A DNA stretch of 64,000 nucleotides from Chrysomallon squamiferum (Eukaryota > Animalia > Mollusca). The DNA lies in contig CM022677.1 of the NCBI GenBank assembly GCA_012295275.1, positions 7,006,001-7,070,000 of the forward strand. The letters are read 5' to 3'. The position numbers and the translations under genes are program-made. The notes below the pieces were generated by a model that was not told where the DNA came from, did no database searches, and worked only from the letters and a program-made list of their open reading frames with translations. Shown here piece after piece: positions 11,965 to 25,437 of the stretch. Numbering within the stretch: position 1 is the first letter of the stretch; the number at the start of each line of letters is the position of its first letter.

Positions 11965-13166
11965 CAGGCCTTTATCATTAACATAAAATTAATTCGCTGC
12001 ATATAGACCAAGTGGTTTTTTGTTTAGCAAAAAAAAAAAAAAGCTGTTTTGCATTACCTGTTTTTATAAATTCTATTTCATTTTAATTTCAGGCATAAAT
12101 TATGTAATTAAAGTTTAATATATAAAACACACCAATAAAATTTGTGAAAATCACAGAAAACAAAGGTATTTATTCAAGATTCTTCTGGTCTGAGTGTGGT
12201 TTGTAGAAACTTGTAGAAGGCCCCACAGACAAACTGTGACATGTACTATCAGTATTTCTTTTGGAAATTCATATTTTTTTATTTTTAAAATTTTTATCAG
12301 GATATTTTTTACTTTTACTTTTCACTGTGTGAACTTGTTTAAAGTCTATACTGTGCTGGCAAAATAAACAAAAAACACACCTCTATCATTGTATATGTCA
12401 TCTTTAACTGCCATCCATGGCCTTTGGCATTTACGCTGGTAAGAGTGGTACTTGTTTTACATTGGGCTTTTTGGCTGATGGGGGTTCACCACTGCAACAA
12501 CTAATTTATATACATTATATTTTTGATAATTACCTAAAAAGGTGCCATTATGCTGAATACACTCTATATTTATCTCAAAAATAGCAATATTATACACTCG
12601 AAGGAAACATGGCAGAAAAATCTTTAATGTATCCAATGTACTGTCCATTTATTTCATCTAATTTGAGAAAATTTTTAGTGAAATATTAACACAATTGTAA
12701 TTAAAATACAACTGATTCCAGTCGTAACAATGACATCACTACATTATGTGATGTACAGATTGGCCACAGTGATAAAGCCATACAATGACACAGATTTGCA
12801 TCACTGTATGAAAAGTATGTGTCAGGATGAAAGATCACAATTAAAACAACTAAAAGTAATAAAACATAATTTTACAACTAAGTACAGACAGGGTTTGACA
12901 GGCCGCAAAGAAACAAAACTTAACTCAAGCCATTTAATGACCAGGGAATACAGCAACCATGCAAGCATTTTAACAAGTGGAAATCCTGTAAATGAGACTT
13001 TGTGTATTTGACAACACTGACAAATTGTCAGTTTCGTAGCGTGTGACAATAGTAAAATGATAAAAATGATAAAAAATGTAATTCTGTTTCAAAATATGAT
13101 TTCTATTCCACAATGTGAATTCTGCAAATTCCACTTACCATGATCACAGAATAACCACTGGGTCTA
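11965..13166 (-). mobile_element. CGGBP1-like hAT transposon relic (internally deleted)
   Basis: 12450-12305 decodes with frameshifts as NAKGHGWQ-KDDIYNDRGV-FCLFCQHSIDFKQVHTVK (BED-finger-like); end-like sequences TAGACCCAGTGGTTATTC at 13166 and CAGGCCTTTATCATT at 11965; no TSD seen. Confidence 0.55.
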
Positions 13167-13639
13167 TACATTGCTATAATGTTACAGGTGTTAGATAAGA
13201 AATAATTAATTACTGAAATGTATAGTATTTATTACTTGTTCTATCAATCTAAACATGTATGTATGCTGTTACATGTAAGATCTATTTGCAATGATTTCTA
13301 ATCTGGTGCAAGACTGATTGTACCTGGGATTGTCATAGATACAAGTGATTTGTTGGCATCATGTTTTCAGAGTTTTCAATGATGCACACATTTCATGTTT
13401 TCTTCAAACTCTTTACTGATTGCTGGTAGAAAGCACAATACTGGTGATGGTGTTTACTGTTTGCCCAAGAACTGAGTTGTGATTTTGACACCATGCTACT
13501 GTTCCTTTGTCCACAGTGTGCTCTGGCCCACTCTATCACTATTAGCAGTGATGCATCTGTTTGTCCCACAACTGACAGATTTAGTTAACTTTTTACAACT
13601 TTCAGTACAGTATTCCTTCCAGGGCCAAAACAGCATGCA

Positions 13640-14148
13640 ACATTGTCACAACCAGAAACAACGACCAGATTTCCATAACTTGCACTTTCAACAGGATGGA
13701 GCCCAACCCCATTTTGCAAAAGTTATCTGAAAATTTCTTGATGAGTCATTTCCTAATAAATGGATTGGCAGTTGTGGGCCAATTGAATTTCCTCCATTAT
13801 CTCCTGACAGATGCCAATTGACTTTTGTGTCTGGGGACTTATTAAAGACTCCATGAATTCAAGGAAGCCAAGATGTATTGGAGAGCTTCGGCAGTTCATT
13901 ACTGATTTGCTAGCCTTGATCCAGACTTGGCTACCAAAATGTGTCACAGTGCTTTAACATTGTCAAGAATGCACTGAACCAGATGCCTTACAATTTGAAC
14001 ATTTATCATAAGTGTTGTAAATAAACTTGACTGCTTATACTGTTACAATATTTTCTGATGTAATACATTTATTTCCTGAATTCTTTTTAGTCTGCCTGAC
14101 ATTTTTTTATTACAAATGACTGTATAGTAACTTTACAGATACCCTGTA
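13640..14148 (+). mobile_element. Tc1/mariner DD41D (rosa-like) transposase 3' half with right TIR
   Basis: FQQDGAQPHFAKVI*KFLDESFPNKWIGSCGPIEFPPLSPD...DFCVWGLIKD...CQEC...QFEHLS*; ends ACAGATACCCTG|TA. Confidence 0.85.
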
Positions 14149-14214
14149 TGTGTGTATATATATAAATTTATATGAATATACATAACATAAATGTATATTT
14201 ACATCTGCATCACT

Positions 14215-14560
14215 AAAGCTGTAACCTAACCGAACATCTTTTTTAGAAACCAATGATTTCAGTTGCAGCATCCTAACTGCACTCTACGGCGCAGTGGTTT
14301 GAGCTATTCGAGTGCACAACACAATACCGATAGGAACTGTTTCTATTTCATTGTTGCACTACATGAGCATCTAAAAATATATTAACCAATCACAAACAAG
14401 ATTATTTCCCCTGTACATGAAAATGGAAGATGAACAACTCATCCATGTTGTTCAGAGGATACTAGTACTTTACAACTGTTCTTATCAACATAAAAAGATA
14501 ACAACAGTAAAAAGAAAATGCCTGGAAGAATATTGGAAAAACTATAGGTTTACCTAGTAA
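14215..14560 (+). mobile_element. PIF/Harbinger-type MADF (Myb/SANT-like) gene fragment
   Basis: ATG at 14423: MEDEQLIHVVQRILVLYNCSYQH-KDNNS-KENAWKNIGKTIGLP|gtaagt, with frameshifts; MADF N-terminal consensus. Confidence 0.6.
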
Positions 14561-14649
14561 GTAATGTGTGTGTTTTATTAATAAATGCATGTATAAGCTT
14601 CTTGGAAAGTTCAGTCATATCCAGGGGGGGGGAGGTAGTTTTGCATTAA

Positions 14650-15600
14650 GACGATGGAACACTTTAATACATACACTGATAGGTTTAACTTGTCTTCAGT
14701 GGATCAAATTTTCAAAAATGCTATGGTAGCGTCTGGTTAGGATATAAATAGTGTTGTGTCACTTGTGCCCAGTTAGGATGGTGATAATGAGCATTTTAGG
14801 ACTAGCTTCTCCATGTGTAGTGTCCATATCCCTTTTGTTGATGATGTCACACTACTGTCCTCAGTTGGAGTTATGTTTTGAGATGTGATGATCAGTTTGT
14901 GTTTCTGTTTTCAGTGACAATCAGGATAATTTCTGTGATGGCAGCTCCATACTTACTTTCAGATGCAGAACTCTGATCATTTCAGTGTTCTTGTGACACC
15001 TTTCATGCTGTATTCACAGTACTGATTAAATTCCAGCTTCCTCTCAATAAGCTCTCTGATTTGAAGACACAGGTTTACACTTACTACCCACAGGTTACCT
15101 CAACTTTCAATTGGTTCTTCATCTCTAATTTCCACTTCAAGGCAGCTGGCCTGAATACCTATTACTCTCAAATAGATGAGGTTGTGAGATATGCTTGTTT
15201 CACCAACAGTTACACTTTTATTCCAAGGTAAGTATCTTTTATGCTGATGTAATCATGAAAATGCTCTGGTCAGGTCCTTTTGAATTCAGATATCTGTTCT
15301 CATCAAACTTTCAAAGCAATCTTGCACACTCACTATAGTGGTACCCACCATGCACTTGACAATGCTCATGATAGCTTCAGGATGACTCACTAGATCAAGG
15401 GAGCAGATATTTATCTCCAGCTTGAGTCTCTATCTTTCCTGACACTGGAGATCCTAAACTGTGCTTCCTCTTTATGAATATTCTCCACCACCATTGAACA
15501 TTTCACAGAGATTGGACCTCCAACAACTTTCTGAAGATGTGTAGAGTTGACGCGCAAAGTTTTTGTGTTGCATGAAAGATAATAAAGGCACATTTAAGTC
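14650..15600 (-). mobile_element. Highly decayed LINE (RTE-like) remnant
   Basis: Weak motifs LSCNTKTLR and IVKCMVGTTIVSVQ (APE-like) and QIRELIERKLEFNQ (RT-like). Confidence 0.35.
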
Positions 15601-15779
15601 AGTTGAGAGTTCAGAAGCCAAAGGTCACCTTAGAAATGCCACAAATCATCGAAACTCATTTTATTAAATATAAACTTAACTTCCTGAGAAAGCACACGAA
15701 AGGACAAGAATAGTTTAAGAAGCTAAGATTCAAAATGCAATAAAAGTATAGTTAAGACTTCTTGAAAATATGTATTTTC

Positions 15780-16330
15780 GGCAATTAATAAAATATGGTG
15801 GCCATTTTTTTTTATTTTTATTTATTTATTTTTTTTAATTGAAAAATAATTCATAACTGCATTTGATTCTTTTATGATAGAAAATTCATAAAACAAACTT
15901 TAATTTATGTTTCTCTCTTATTTAGTAATCCTAATAAATTGTCTTGGATTTGGTGGTGTCCATCTTGGATACATAGATGTTTAGAGCATTAAATTCAATT
16001 CACTTCAACAATTAATTATTTATTGTTGACCTATTAGTTATTAGTCTATACCTAACATGATAATATATAGAGTGTATTTAATTTGACTTAAAACAGCCAC
16101 ATCTTCATCCTTTTGTGGTTGCCATCATGATTTTGTATTTTATTGAGGAAAAACATAACAGCATTATATTCTGTATGCCTGAAAATGTATAAAAGAACCT
16201 TTCATTCATGTTTCTATTTGATCTAGTTATGAAGATATGAAGAAAATAGATTTGGTGGTGGCCATCTTGGATTTGGCCTCCTAGCACAAACTGCTCAAGG
16301 GTATGAAGTGACGTCAACCAGCAGTTTCTT
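15780..16330. mobile_element. Decayed repeat with several GGYGGCCATCTTG-like motifs (DNA-transposon subterminal type)
   Basis: Variants near 15797, 15953, 16117 and 16255. Confidence 0.35.
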
Positions 16331-17637
16331 TGTATATGTATACCCTAAACATTGATTATCAACAACAACAAGTTCAGACACCAAAACAAGGTTAAGCACA
16401 GATATGGCATTTACCTGCCAAACTAACACTGTTGATGTAGTGAATGGCATTTTAATTTCAACTATAAGCAAATTATCATTCACCATAACACAAAAGTTGT
16501 GCAAACAAAAAATGATTTAAATGCAAGGTTGATTTTGCTAAAAACAGTCATTCATGCAATTTGTACACCCTGTAATCTTACCCCAAAATATATAACTATG
16601 ACGAGGTTTTGGTTTCATATGTTGTCATGATATTGGGACATATCCTTTTTTTTTCTTTAAAAAACAGTTGCCTACGTTGAAGGAAAATACACGTCCACAA
16701 AAATAGAGTGTATTTAACAAGAAATGTTAACACATTGATGTGGTGGGCTGTTAATGTCTTTCAGGGGAATGTGGCTCAACTTGCCCTGGTTATTCAGAAT
16801 GTTTTGCTTCTTTGCTTGTTTGCATGTTTGCAAGAAACAAACAAAACATTGAATTCACTTCATACCTCCCACAATTTATATATAGTACACAATATATGCA
16901 ATTCTCTGTAACAAGTCAAACAATTTAACATTTTCCAGTCAAAACTTATCATGCATGATTAACTTTATAATGGATAAGTACTAAATAGTTAGGTAAGCCT
17001 GGTCTTCCTCTTTCATTTTTGGAAAGGTTTAATGATTGCTAATTCCTAACTTAGATACTGACCATTTATAAACTTTGCACCTTTGCAGTTTTGTTAAATC
17101 ATTAGAAAAAATCATAACATACTCAGATTGAACTGTCAGTGTTTAATTCAGCTGAGTAATGACTGAAGTGTGCAATCAAATACAGACTGAAGTGATCTCC
17201 AGGTAATGCAGTAAAATGCATGCTTACAGTGCTTTCCAGTTGTATTCAAGATGCCAAATATTATAAAAGAAAGCATAAGTAAAGAAAGAAAGGTATATTT
17301 TTTTTGTCATCAGTTTGCATAGATACACTAAATTATTTCAGTACACTGTCTGTAAGTACATTTCACTCTAATTTTATACCTTGCTGTAGGGAATGGCTGA
17401 ATCAATTATTTAATACCAGCATATTTTTTAAAACACGGTCAAGAATAAACATATTATCAACTGCTGAGGCACCTCAAATTTCAACTGTTTCAGACAAGTT
17501 ATATTATTTAGCTCTAAATATCAGATTCCAGTCATTGATAGTAAAGAGTTTTTGAACAGATAAAATCAATTCCAAGAATTTCCAGTTATTCCTCAATAAA
17601 TAGTTTGGAATATAAAACTGACATGGAAAACACTCAC

Positions 17638-17707
17638 CTTCAACAGAGACCCAGGTGAAGATAAAAGTAATCACAGCAATGTGAAGAACAGTGCAATGAT
17701 AAACCAT
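17638..17707 (-). CDS. Signal-peptide exon of the Ig-domain gene (MVYHCTVLHIAVITFIFTWVSVE-G)
   Basis: tctttctacag|AA ATG...GAAG|gtgagt; hydrophobic 23-aa leader; phase 1 joins the Ig exon in frame (VSVEG-KASTDIDC). Confidence 0.8.
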
Positions 17708-20700
17708 TTCTGTAGAAAGAACAAAGTTACATATTTTACTATCAGTAAACTTCTCTAAGGCTGAATATTTTTTCTATCGATAAGCTAAATTAAAACTATC
17801 ATTAGTAATACATTAAATGATTAATAATACTGAAACATACATTAAGAGTCTTTCCTTCAGCAATGTGGACAGTTCCCATGGAACATTTTGTTCACTATAA
17901 TTCATCTCAAATTAATATTCAAATTGCAGAGATCACTACCAAATTCTGAAATATCTGCATAATTTCTGTATCTATATTTTTCATAACATAAAATTCTGAA
18001 GACTGACCATAACTAAGATTTTTTCAAATGTATTACTGTGAGTGTGTGAAAAAGTTCTACTAGGAATTACTGACCAAAAAATGTTATTGACATTGTTGCT
18101 TATAACTTCAGAAACCCAGATCTATTTCATAAAACTAATTGATAAATACTTTTATTATCTATTCCTTTTTATAACATAAAATTAAAAAGCTAATATATTG
18201 CACAAATTCAGTTTGTAATTTAAAATAATCATCAAATTAATAACACTTTGTGCATAATTATTTCTTTAACCTTTTATTTTGTTAAAAATGTCCCATTACC
18301 TGGAAATGTTATAAAGGGTGAAAAATCTGAATGAAAAAATCTGAATGATCTGAATGATCCATTTTTATTGAATTGGAGAAGATACATACATACATACATA
18401 CATACATAATTTTTAAAATGGTTAAAAATGTTATTAAGTAGTCAGGTGTAATACTGATAATTTACAAATTCCAATAATAATTTCACAGACCAAATATGTT
18501 ATAATATTGTCAGTTCATTTGAATTCACACATCAATAAAACTGATATATAGACCAGACAGCAAAAAACACCCCCAAAAAGTTAAAACCAAAATGACAATA
18601 CATTAGATTTTCAAGCTTTATGACATACATGTTTAAATTTGTCATCTCAGTATATTCTCTATGATGTTCAACCTATCCAAAATTCAAGATATATCTATTT
18701 GGCTAATGCATTATACTAACAGTTTTATACAAAATAACTGAAATATTCCATCAAATTGTTTATCCATTAGTATTACTGTATTAGTATAATTAAAATCTCC
18801 CATTCTTTTGGTAACATAAAAATGTAAGTTGTTTTGGGAATTGATAACGTTAAAGAAAGGAGTAGGCAATTGCTATGATAGATCAGAAGCAAAATCTGGA
18901 GCATAGGTGAATAGTTTTCTGCTACTAATGACTATTATTAGTAAGCATCAGTTGTGTGATCATAATTTAAGCAATGTTTAATGGAATTATCTAACAAGAT
19001 AGATAGTGAAGCAAGGTTTTATATTGGGTTTCTTTTTTAGTTTAATATATTTTATGGTTTGCAGAAATGAATGTGACAGATGTAATATTCCTACAACTAA
19101 TGATTTTATGTACCTGAAGTTTGGACAGCAATTTGGCTGGTGGAGTCTACAATCAGAGCATTTATTGCTGAAAGCAGATCATCTTCACTTTGCAGAATTA
19201 TTTCACAGGCACATTCAAAGTTACTAACATTCAGTAAAGAAAGCAGAGTGGGAACACTTATACAGTGTGACAATATAACTTTTTGTTTTGAAACTGCACA
19301 AATTTGAGATCAAAACAGAACTTAGTGAGGTGGTCTCACAGACTGTATATTCATAAGATTAACTCCTCCTCTTGAATTAAAGTGCTTAGACACAATCAGT
19401 TTAAGCCCAACATGTTTTGTAGTCATTCATTTCTCTTACTTGGACATGCACATTGTCTTATACAAGAACAGGGATTCTTAGTGACATCTTCATACTTCTT
19501 GCTGATTTTATTTACATTTCATCTTGATCACTGTTGAGTAGCAACATGCATCATTTGATGATGTCTTAAGATTTCTGAGTGGAGATGAAATAAATGTTCT
19601 TTTTTTTTTTTTTCTGGAGGGGGTTTATGGCCATAAGTCTTTCTCCACATTCAAGTAGTTCACACTGATAATACTAGAAAGGAGATTTCTTTGATATTTA
19701 TACTTTTCTGAGTAATTCACTGATAATTTTTTCATTACCATCTTTAGCTAACAGACCTTGTTTCTTGTCATTGTGAATCCTGAACAAAAGTTCTTTATAT
19801 ATTTCTTAAACATCATTCGTGCTAGAATTATAGTGTATGAATAATGACAGCAGGATGTACTCTAAATACACATAAAAATTACTTTTAAAAAGCTGTGTCC
19901 CTACCTATAAACTGGAGAAGCAATAAAAACATGAGGCTTATAGGCTCTAGCCACACATTAAAAAAGATTCATTAATAAAGTCATTATCAGCAGTACAAAT
20001 TCAAGAAACAGTGTCACTTCATTCATTATTGTTGAAACAGTGTATCTAAGTGTGTGAAATAATGATGGAAAGTTGTATTCAAAATGCAGATAACAAATAA
20101 TGTTAAAATGTTTTAGTCAATAATTACTGTCAAAACAATTGCCTACTCATTATACTATCATTTCAGAGAATGTTTTGACAAATGTACTCAAAGGCTTATG
20201 AACAACAAGTATGGTATAAAAGGTAGGAACTGAACCAATAATGTGAACTAACCTGTGTCTTTTACATATGCTAAGTTATCTTTGAATGTACATAACCAAA
20301 TGATCATGTTAGAGATTCCCACATTTCTTGTACAGAAAAGTGAGAGATGCACTGATATAACATAATTTAATAAATTTTCAAAGATACAAACCGAGGGTTC
20401 CAGATGAACTCTTCCCTCAGAGATCTAAAAATGTCAGCTTCACATTTGGTACTTCTCCCAAAAGAAGATATGAAAACAAAACTTTCAGTATAATAAAATG
20501 TTCAATGAATTTAAATGGATGGTTCACAACTGATTTTATATCTGTGACCTGAAAAGCAAATCAGCCTAAAAATTATGAAAACCATTTGACTTATTTTAGA
20601 AAAAAATAGATAAAAAAAAAATATATATATATATATCTTGTTATACTTTTTATTTATTTATTTATTTGTAAGTATTTTGTTGAATACATTGTAATATCTG

Positions 20701-21899
20701 TTTTCTACTGCAGTAAAAATGAACTTAATTTTATTCATATTAAAAAAGAAACAAAAAAACCCATCATTAATATAGTACACTTTATGACTTTCTTGTATAG
20801 TATTTTTCTATATGTTCTGCTTGAATGAGTCCACACCAGACCTGAATAAACATTTTATAAATATTGGTATTACAATATTAATTCAATTCTGATTGCATTA
20901 AAGGTTTTCTGACACAGGAAAGATAAATATTTGTCATATATATTTTCATGTATAGTGTACTGAAATAGTTTATTTGTCATAATATACTGAAGTCAAAACA
21001 TATTATTTTCATTACAGGAAAACTGTAATCGTTATTATATAAATAACTGTCTCATGAATAAAATTAAAGTTTATAATGTAAGGTCTATTTAAAACAAATC
21101 TCACATGAATAAAAATGGTAAGAATAAATTATGAATTTTCATTTGAATTTAGAGCCTAAATACGAAACTGTAAACTATTTAATTACTGAGTCTAATAATA
21201 ATAGAATCATTTGTTACTTGTTACTACCCCTGTAGAATATGTGGAAAGTCATTGACATATTCATAAAATAATAATAATAATAATAATAATAAATAATAAA
21301 AAAATAAAAAATCTTATAAAATGCAAGATGGATTGATTTACTCATTTTCATGGATGGCTTATAAACCACTCAAGATGATTTAGAATGAAAAGGAGCCTGA
21401 AGATGTTTTGAACTCAAAATGGTATAAAATCTCTAGAGGTATATACTGGAAAAAAATAAGTTTATAAAATAAAAATTAACAACTATACATCTACATATGC
21501 ATAATTTTAAACAGAACAAAATAATGGAAAGGTAAATTTGGTCATACAACAAATATTTTACATGGGTCTTTCTACAAACAGAAAGAAACATGTTACCAAA
21601 ATACAAAAAAAGGTCTGCTCAAATTGTTTTGTGATGTAATAGTTGCACCAAATTGATATCATGTGATGTCAAAGTAAGATTTGCTGCAAATGATAACCCA
21701 ATACTTAAAACAACTATCTGACATACTTTTATACAAAAGTTTACAACATCAGAAAAACAGATAAACTGTGTACATCTAAGAAGAAAAAATTCCACATTGA
21801 AGTTAACTGAAATGTCATGAGTTGATATCATTACTTATTGTTTTTCTGCTGACATGTTTTTTCATTCTTCTATCACCAAGAAACTCACAAGTGGCAGGG

Positions 21900-22860
21900 A
21901 ATGATGTACCCTATGAAACTTTACTTTCCTATCAATGATCAATATGTATTCCAGTGACCCAACATGCATCCCTCTACTCTGACCTAATTTGTAATCTTGC
22001 ATACAGACAAAATTTCAGCAATCTTTGCATTCAACCAACCCATTTTTGGAAGGTATTGGAGATCATGAATGGGCAGCTATTTGAAAGATATCAGCTTGTT
22101 ACTGGATAGCTTTCATACACTGTTGAATGTTCTTGATGATATCGATACACTCATGCATGGTTCAGAACTTATTCTTAAGGTTCTGTATGAAGTGAATGCA
22201 ATAAAGCACATGATGAGTGAAAAGGGAATACAAAGAATTTTCTGCAAACATTTTTTGGTTGAAAAATGTCTGAATTTCATGCTGTCCATTGAAGTGATGG
22301 ATGGTGACCTGAGTTTTGCTAATTATGTTAAATCCTGGGAGGAAACATTTAACTAATCAATGTCAGATTAGATACTATCGACAGATCTGACACAGTGAAG
22401 TTAAACAAGCCATTGTAAAGACAAATTTTCATTGTGATCTGGGGTAAGTAAACTGTATTTAATGAGATCTTTCAAGTCTGTTGGATGTCTTGGATGAGGC
22501 AGTGGGATGACGAGGAGCAATGTACCTTGTGCACAGTATTATCTCCAGTCTGCTATTTATATAAGGCTGTGATGCAGTATTTCAATAAACAAACCACAAT
22601 TCTTATCGAGGAAGACACAGACCTACTCATTATTATATTGTATCATATGGATCTTGTATCATATATACACTTTTGTTCTGACAACAAATCAAGAAACCAA
22701 CTTCGGGTTTATATTTTCTAAAATGTTGTTAGGTGATAATTTTTATTTTCAACATGTTTTACATACATTTACTTGGTGTGATACTTTATCTTGCATTTTG
22801 TGGGTTGGAAAAAAGACATGCTTTGAAAAAAACTTGTAAAAAAAAAAGAATTCTGACATT
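21900..22860 (+). mobile_element. Academ (AcademX-type) transposase/XPG-like fragments
   Basis: FLSMINMYSSDPTCI, FNQPIFWK, LDSFHTLLNVL...LMHGS...NAIKHMMS.KGIQR, IEEDTDLLII, HTFTWCDTLSCILWVGKK. Confidence 0.7.
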
Positions 22861-23204
22861 GAAACTGTACTTGATACAAATGACTGGGACTGGAAATGTG
22901 AAAACAACCAATTCAAATCAATAAACATACAAAAAATGTTGCACAGGACAATGCTACCAATCTGAAATATCCATAAACTGATTTTTGAATGCTTCATACA
23001 TATACCATACTAATGAAAGATGCATACTGGATCTATTCAGCAACCTGGAACTCCAAATTTTAGGGGTCTAGTTCAGGAATAATGCGAAACAGGGTTTATA
23101 AAGATTGATATGACATTTGTTTGTTTGGGGTTTGGGGGTTTTTGGTAGGGGGGGCTTTGTTGTTTTTGGTTTACATTTGTTTTTTATTGTTATTTTTGTT
23201 ATTC

Positions 23205-23250
<46 letters not shown>

Positions 23251-23308
23251 TAAATGCTGAAGAAAGAAAACCGAGATGTAGCTACATGATATCCTTACAC
23301 TGACTTAC

Positions 23309-23620
23309 TACAAATTCAGAGTCGATCAATACAATTTTAACGCGGTTTCAGGGGTTTGTGATTGTCAGTATCTTGCTGTTACTGACGATAGACATTTTCA
23401 ACAATAATGATAATATATCAAGTACAGTTTTAATTATTCTATGATTTACACAACGCACTCTGCGATTAATTTACAAAGAATGTAATTATTTATGAAATAG
23501 GTGCGTTTATTATATTAAAGAAATGTACTTACCCATAATAAGCTACCCATAGAATCCTGAATCCACTGATAGAATGCTGAAAATAATAGACTGGTTTAAC
23601 TTCAAAGTTACTCTGTTGCG
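23309..23620 (-). promoter_or_regulatory. Candidate 5' non-coding exon(s)/promoter of the Ig gene
   Basis: Two GTAAGT donors (near 23308 and 23532) where CpGs reappear; the signal exon has an acceptor 2 nt before its ATG, implying an upstream exon. Confidence 0.35.
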
Positions 23621-23824
23621 ATTTTGGGGGATTTTTTTTTTTTATTCTATTTGTTACATATTGTATCTGGGTTATTCATAAAACGGGCAGACTGAAAATT
23701 TGTATGTCAATACAATATTAGTAATATATATAATATACTTATGCCTAGTGAGAATTAAAAATAGATGACTGTCAAAACCATTATGCAACACATTATTCGT
23801 TCATAGTTCTTTAGTTGTACTCTG

Positions 23825-23855
<31 letters not shown>

Positions 23856-25437
23856 AGAGTCAGTTACTTGAGTTTAGAATCATCACCTGATTAGAAGTAC
23901 ATGCTGCCACCAGTATTAAGACTGGAAGAAAATAATGTCATATGTAAATAATTATTTGATAAACACATCAAGCAGGCTGCATGCGCATTGTTACCAAACA
24001 CGTTTCAAATATAAAGATGTAAACCTCTGTACATGAAATGTATGAAGCCTCTTGTCCACGTACTTGAGGAGTAACAAAACAAAATAAATAAATAAATAAA
24101 TAAATAAATACTGCAAAAACATGGTTATCATCACTAAATTAGCAGTGACATTAATCATGTGCAATGGAAAAGTACATTTTCCTACAATCAGTGCATGGCG
24201 ATGTGCAAACTTTATTCTTACAACATAAGAAGCAAAGGAATGACTTATCTCAGCACTGCTATAATGTAGAAGTTCTAACTGATTATAACCCTTGCAAACA
24301 AATGAATTTACAAGGATTTATATTCTCATAAGGCTAAGGCCGTGTTGAGTACTTTCTACAGTTCAGGATTTTTATCTGTTACAGGAGAAAAGAAAAAGAA
24401 GAAACTAAAAAAAAAAAAAAAAACGTAATAATAATAGTAATAGTAATAATAATAAACCTCTTGTTACACTATAATAATATTTCCTATGTCATAATAATGT
24501 GCATTTTAAACATGCTGAAATTGGCAATTACATATTTGTTTGTTTGAGCTTACTTCATTTCATGTCAATCATAAACCAGTCTAAGCACAGCAGAAAGTAT
24601 TCTAGATGAGAAGTCGAACTGAAAAACACCTCTGAGCAAAAAGTCATTAAAGTCATCAGAAGATCACCAAGTGAAATGAATGATGTAGTTTATTTCTCTA
24701 CAAAAACTGAGAATTACAGTTATAATTTTCGAATCCAACAGGATTTTAACTGTACTAATGACTTTTGGGAAAAAATGCATTACATCTAATGCTTACTCAT
24801 TTAGAAAGTGAGAAACTCACAGACCTGCTGCTGTTGCATGCAGCAATGGCACTTATACTTAGATGCATTTCAATATGATAGTGTTTATGTAATTCAAAAC
24901 AATTATTATCCCTGAAAACAATTTTAAAGTTCTCACTGATTAAATATTTTGCATATTTTCATGTGAATTGCTGAAATATTTTGACACAATTACAGAATCT
25001 CACTGTCACTTAAATACAACTACAGCTACTGCATAGTAGTGTACTGGTCATGATGCTAAAAAAATAATTACCAAAACAATTCTATAGTATGTTTGGACCT
25101 TTTAAAGTTTATTAATCAGTCATAATTCCAAATTAGTCAATACACCACCATTAAATGCTGATTTATTTAGTATCGGGATTCACATGTTAGTTTTTGATTT
25201 GGGTTAACAAAACTAGCAAGAAATTTTATTGGGAAATTGATGGCTAGTATGTAAAATTTGTAATTTAGCATGAAATGCTGACATCCATTAATTTCATGCT
25301 CATATACAAAAAAGACTGAGTGCTGAGTAAAATTAAAAAAAAAAATAATAATTTAAAAATAACAATAATTCAGGTCGCCTGAATATAGATCATTCACTGA
25401 ATTTACTAAATTCACTAAAATTATTTTATTTAAAACT

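Noticed and set aside
23626-23636. GGGGATTTTT kappaB-like site near the candidate Ig promoter
   Set aside because: A short match running into a poly(T) tract; expected by chance
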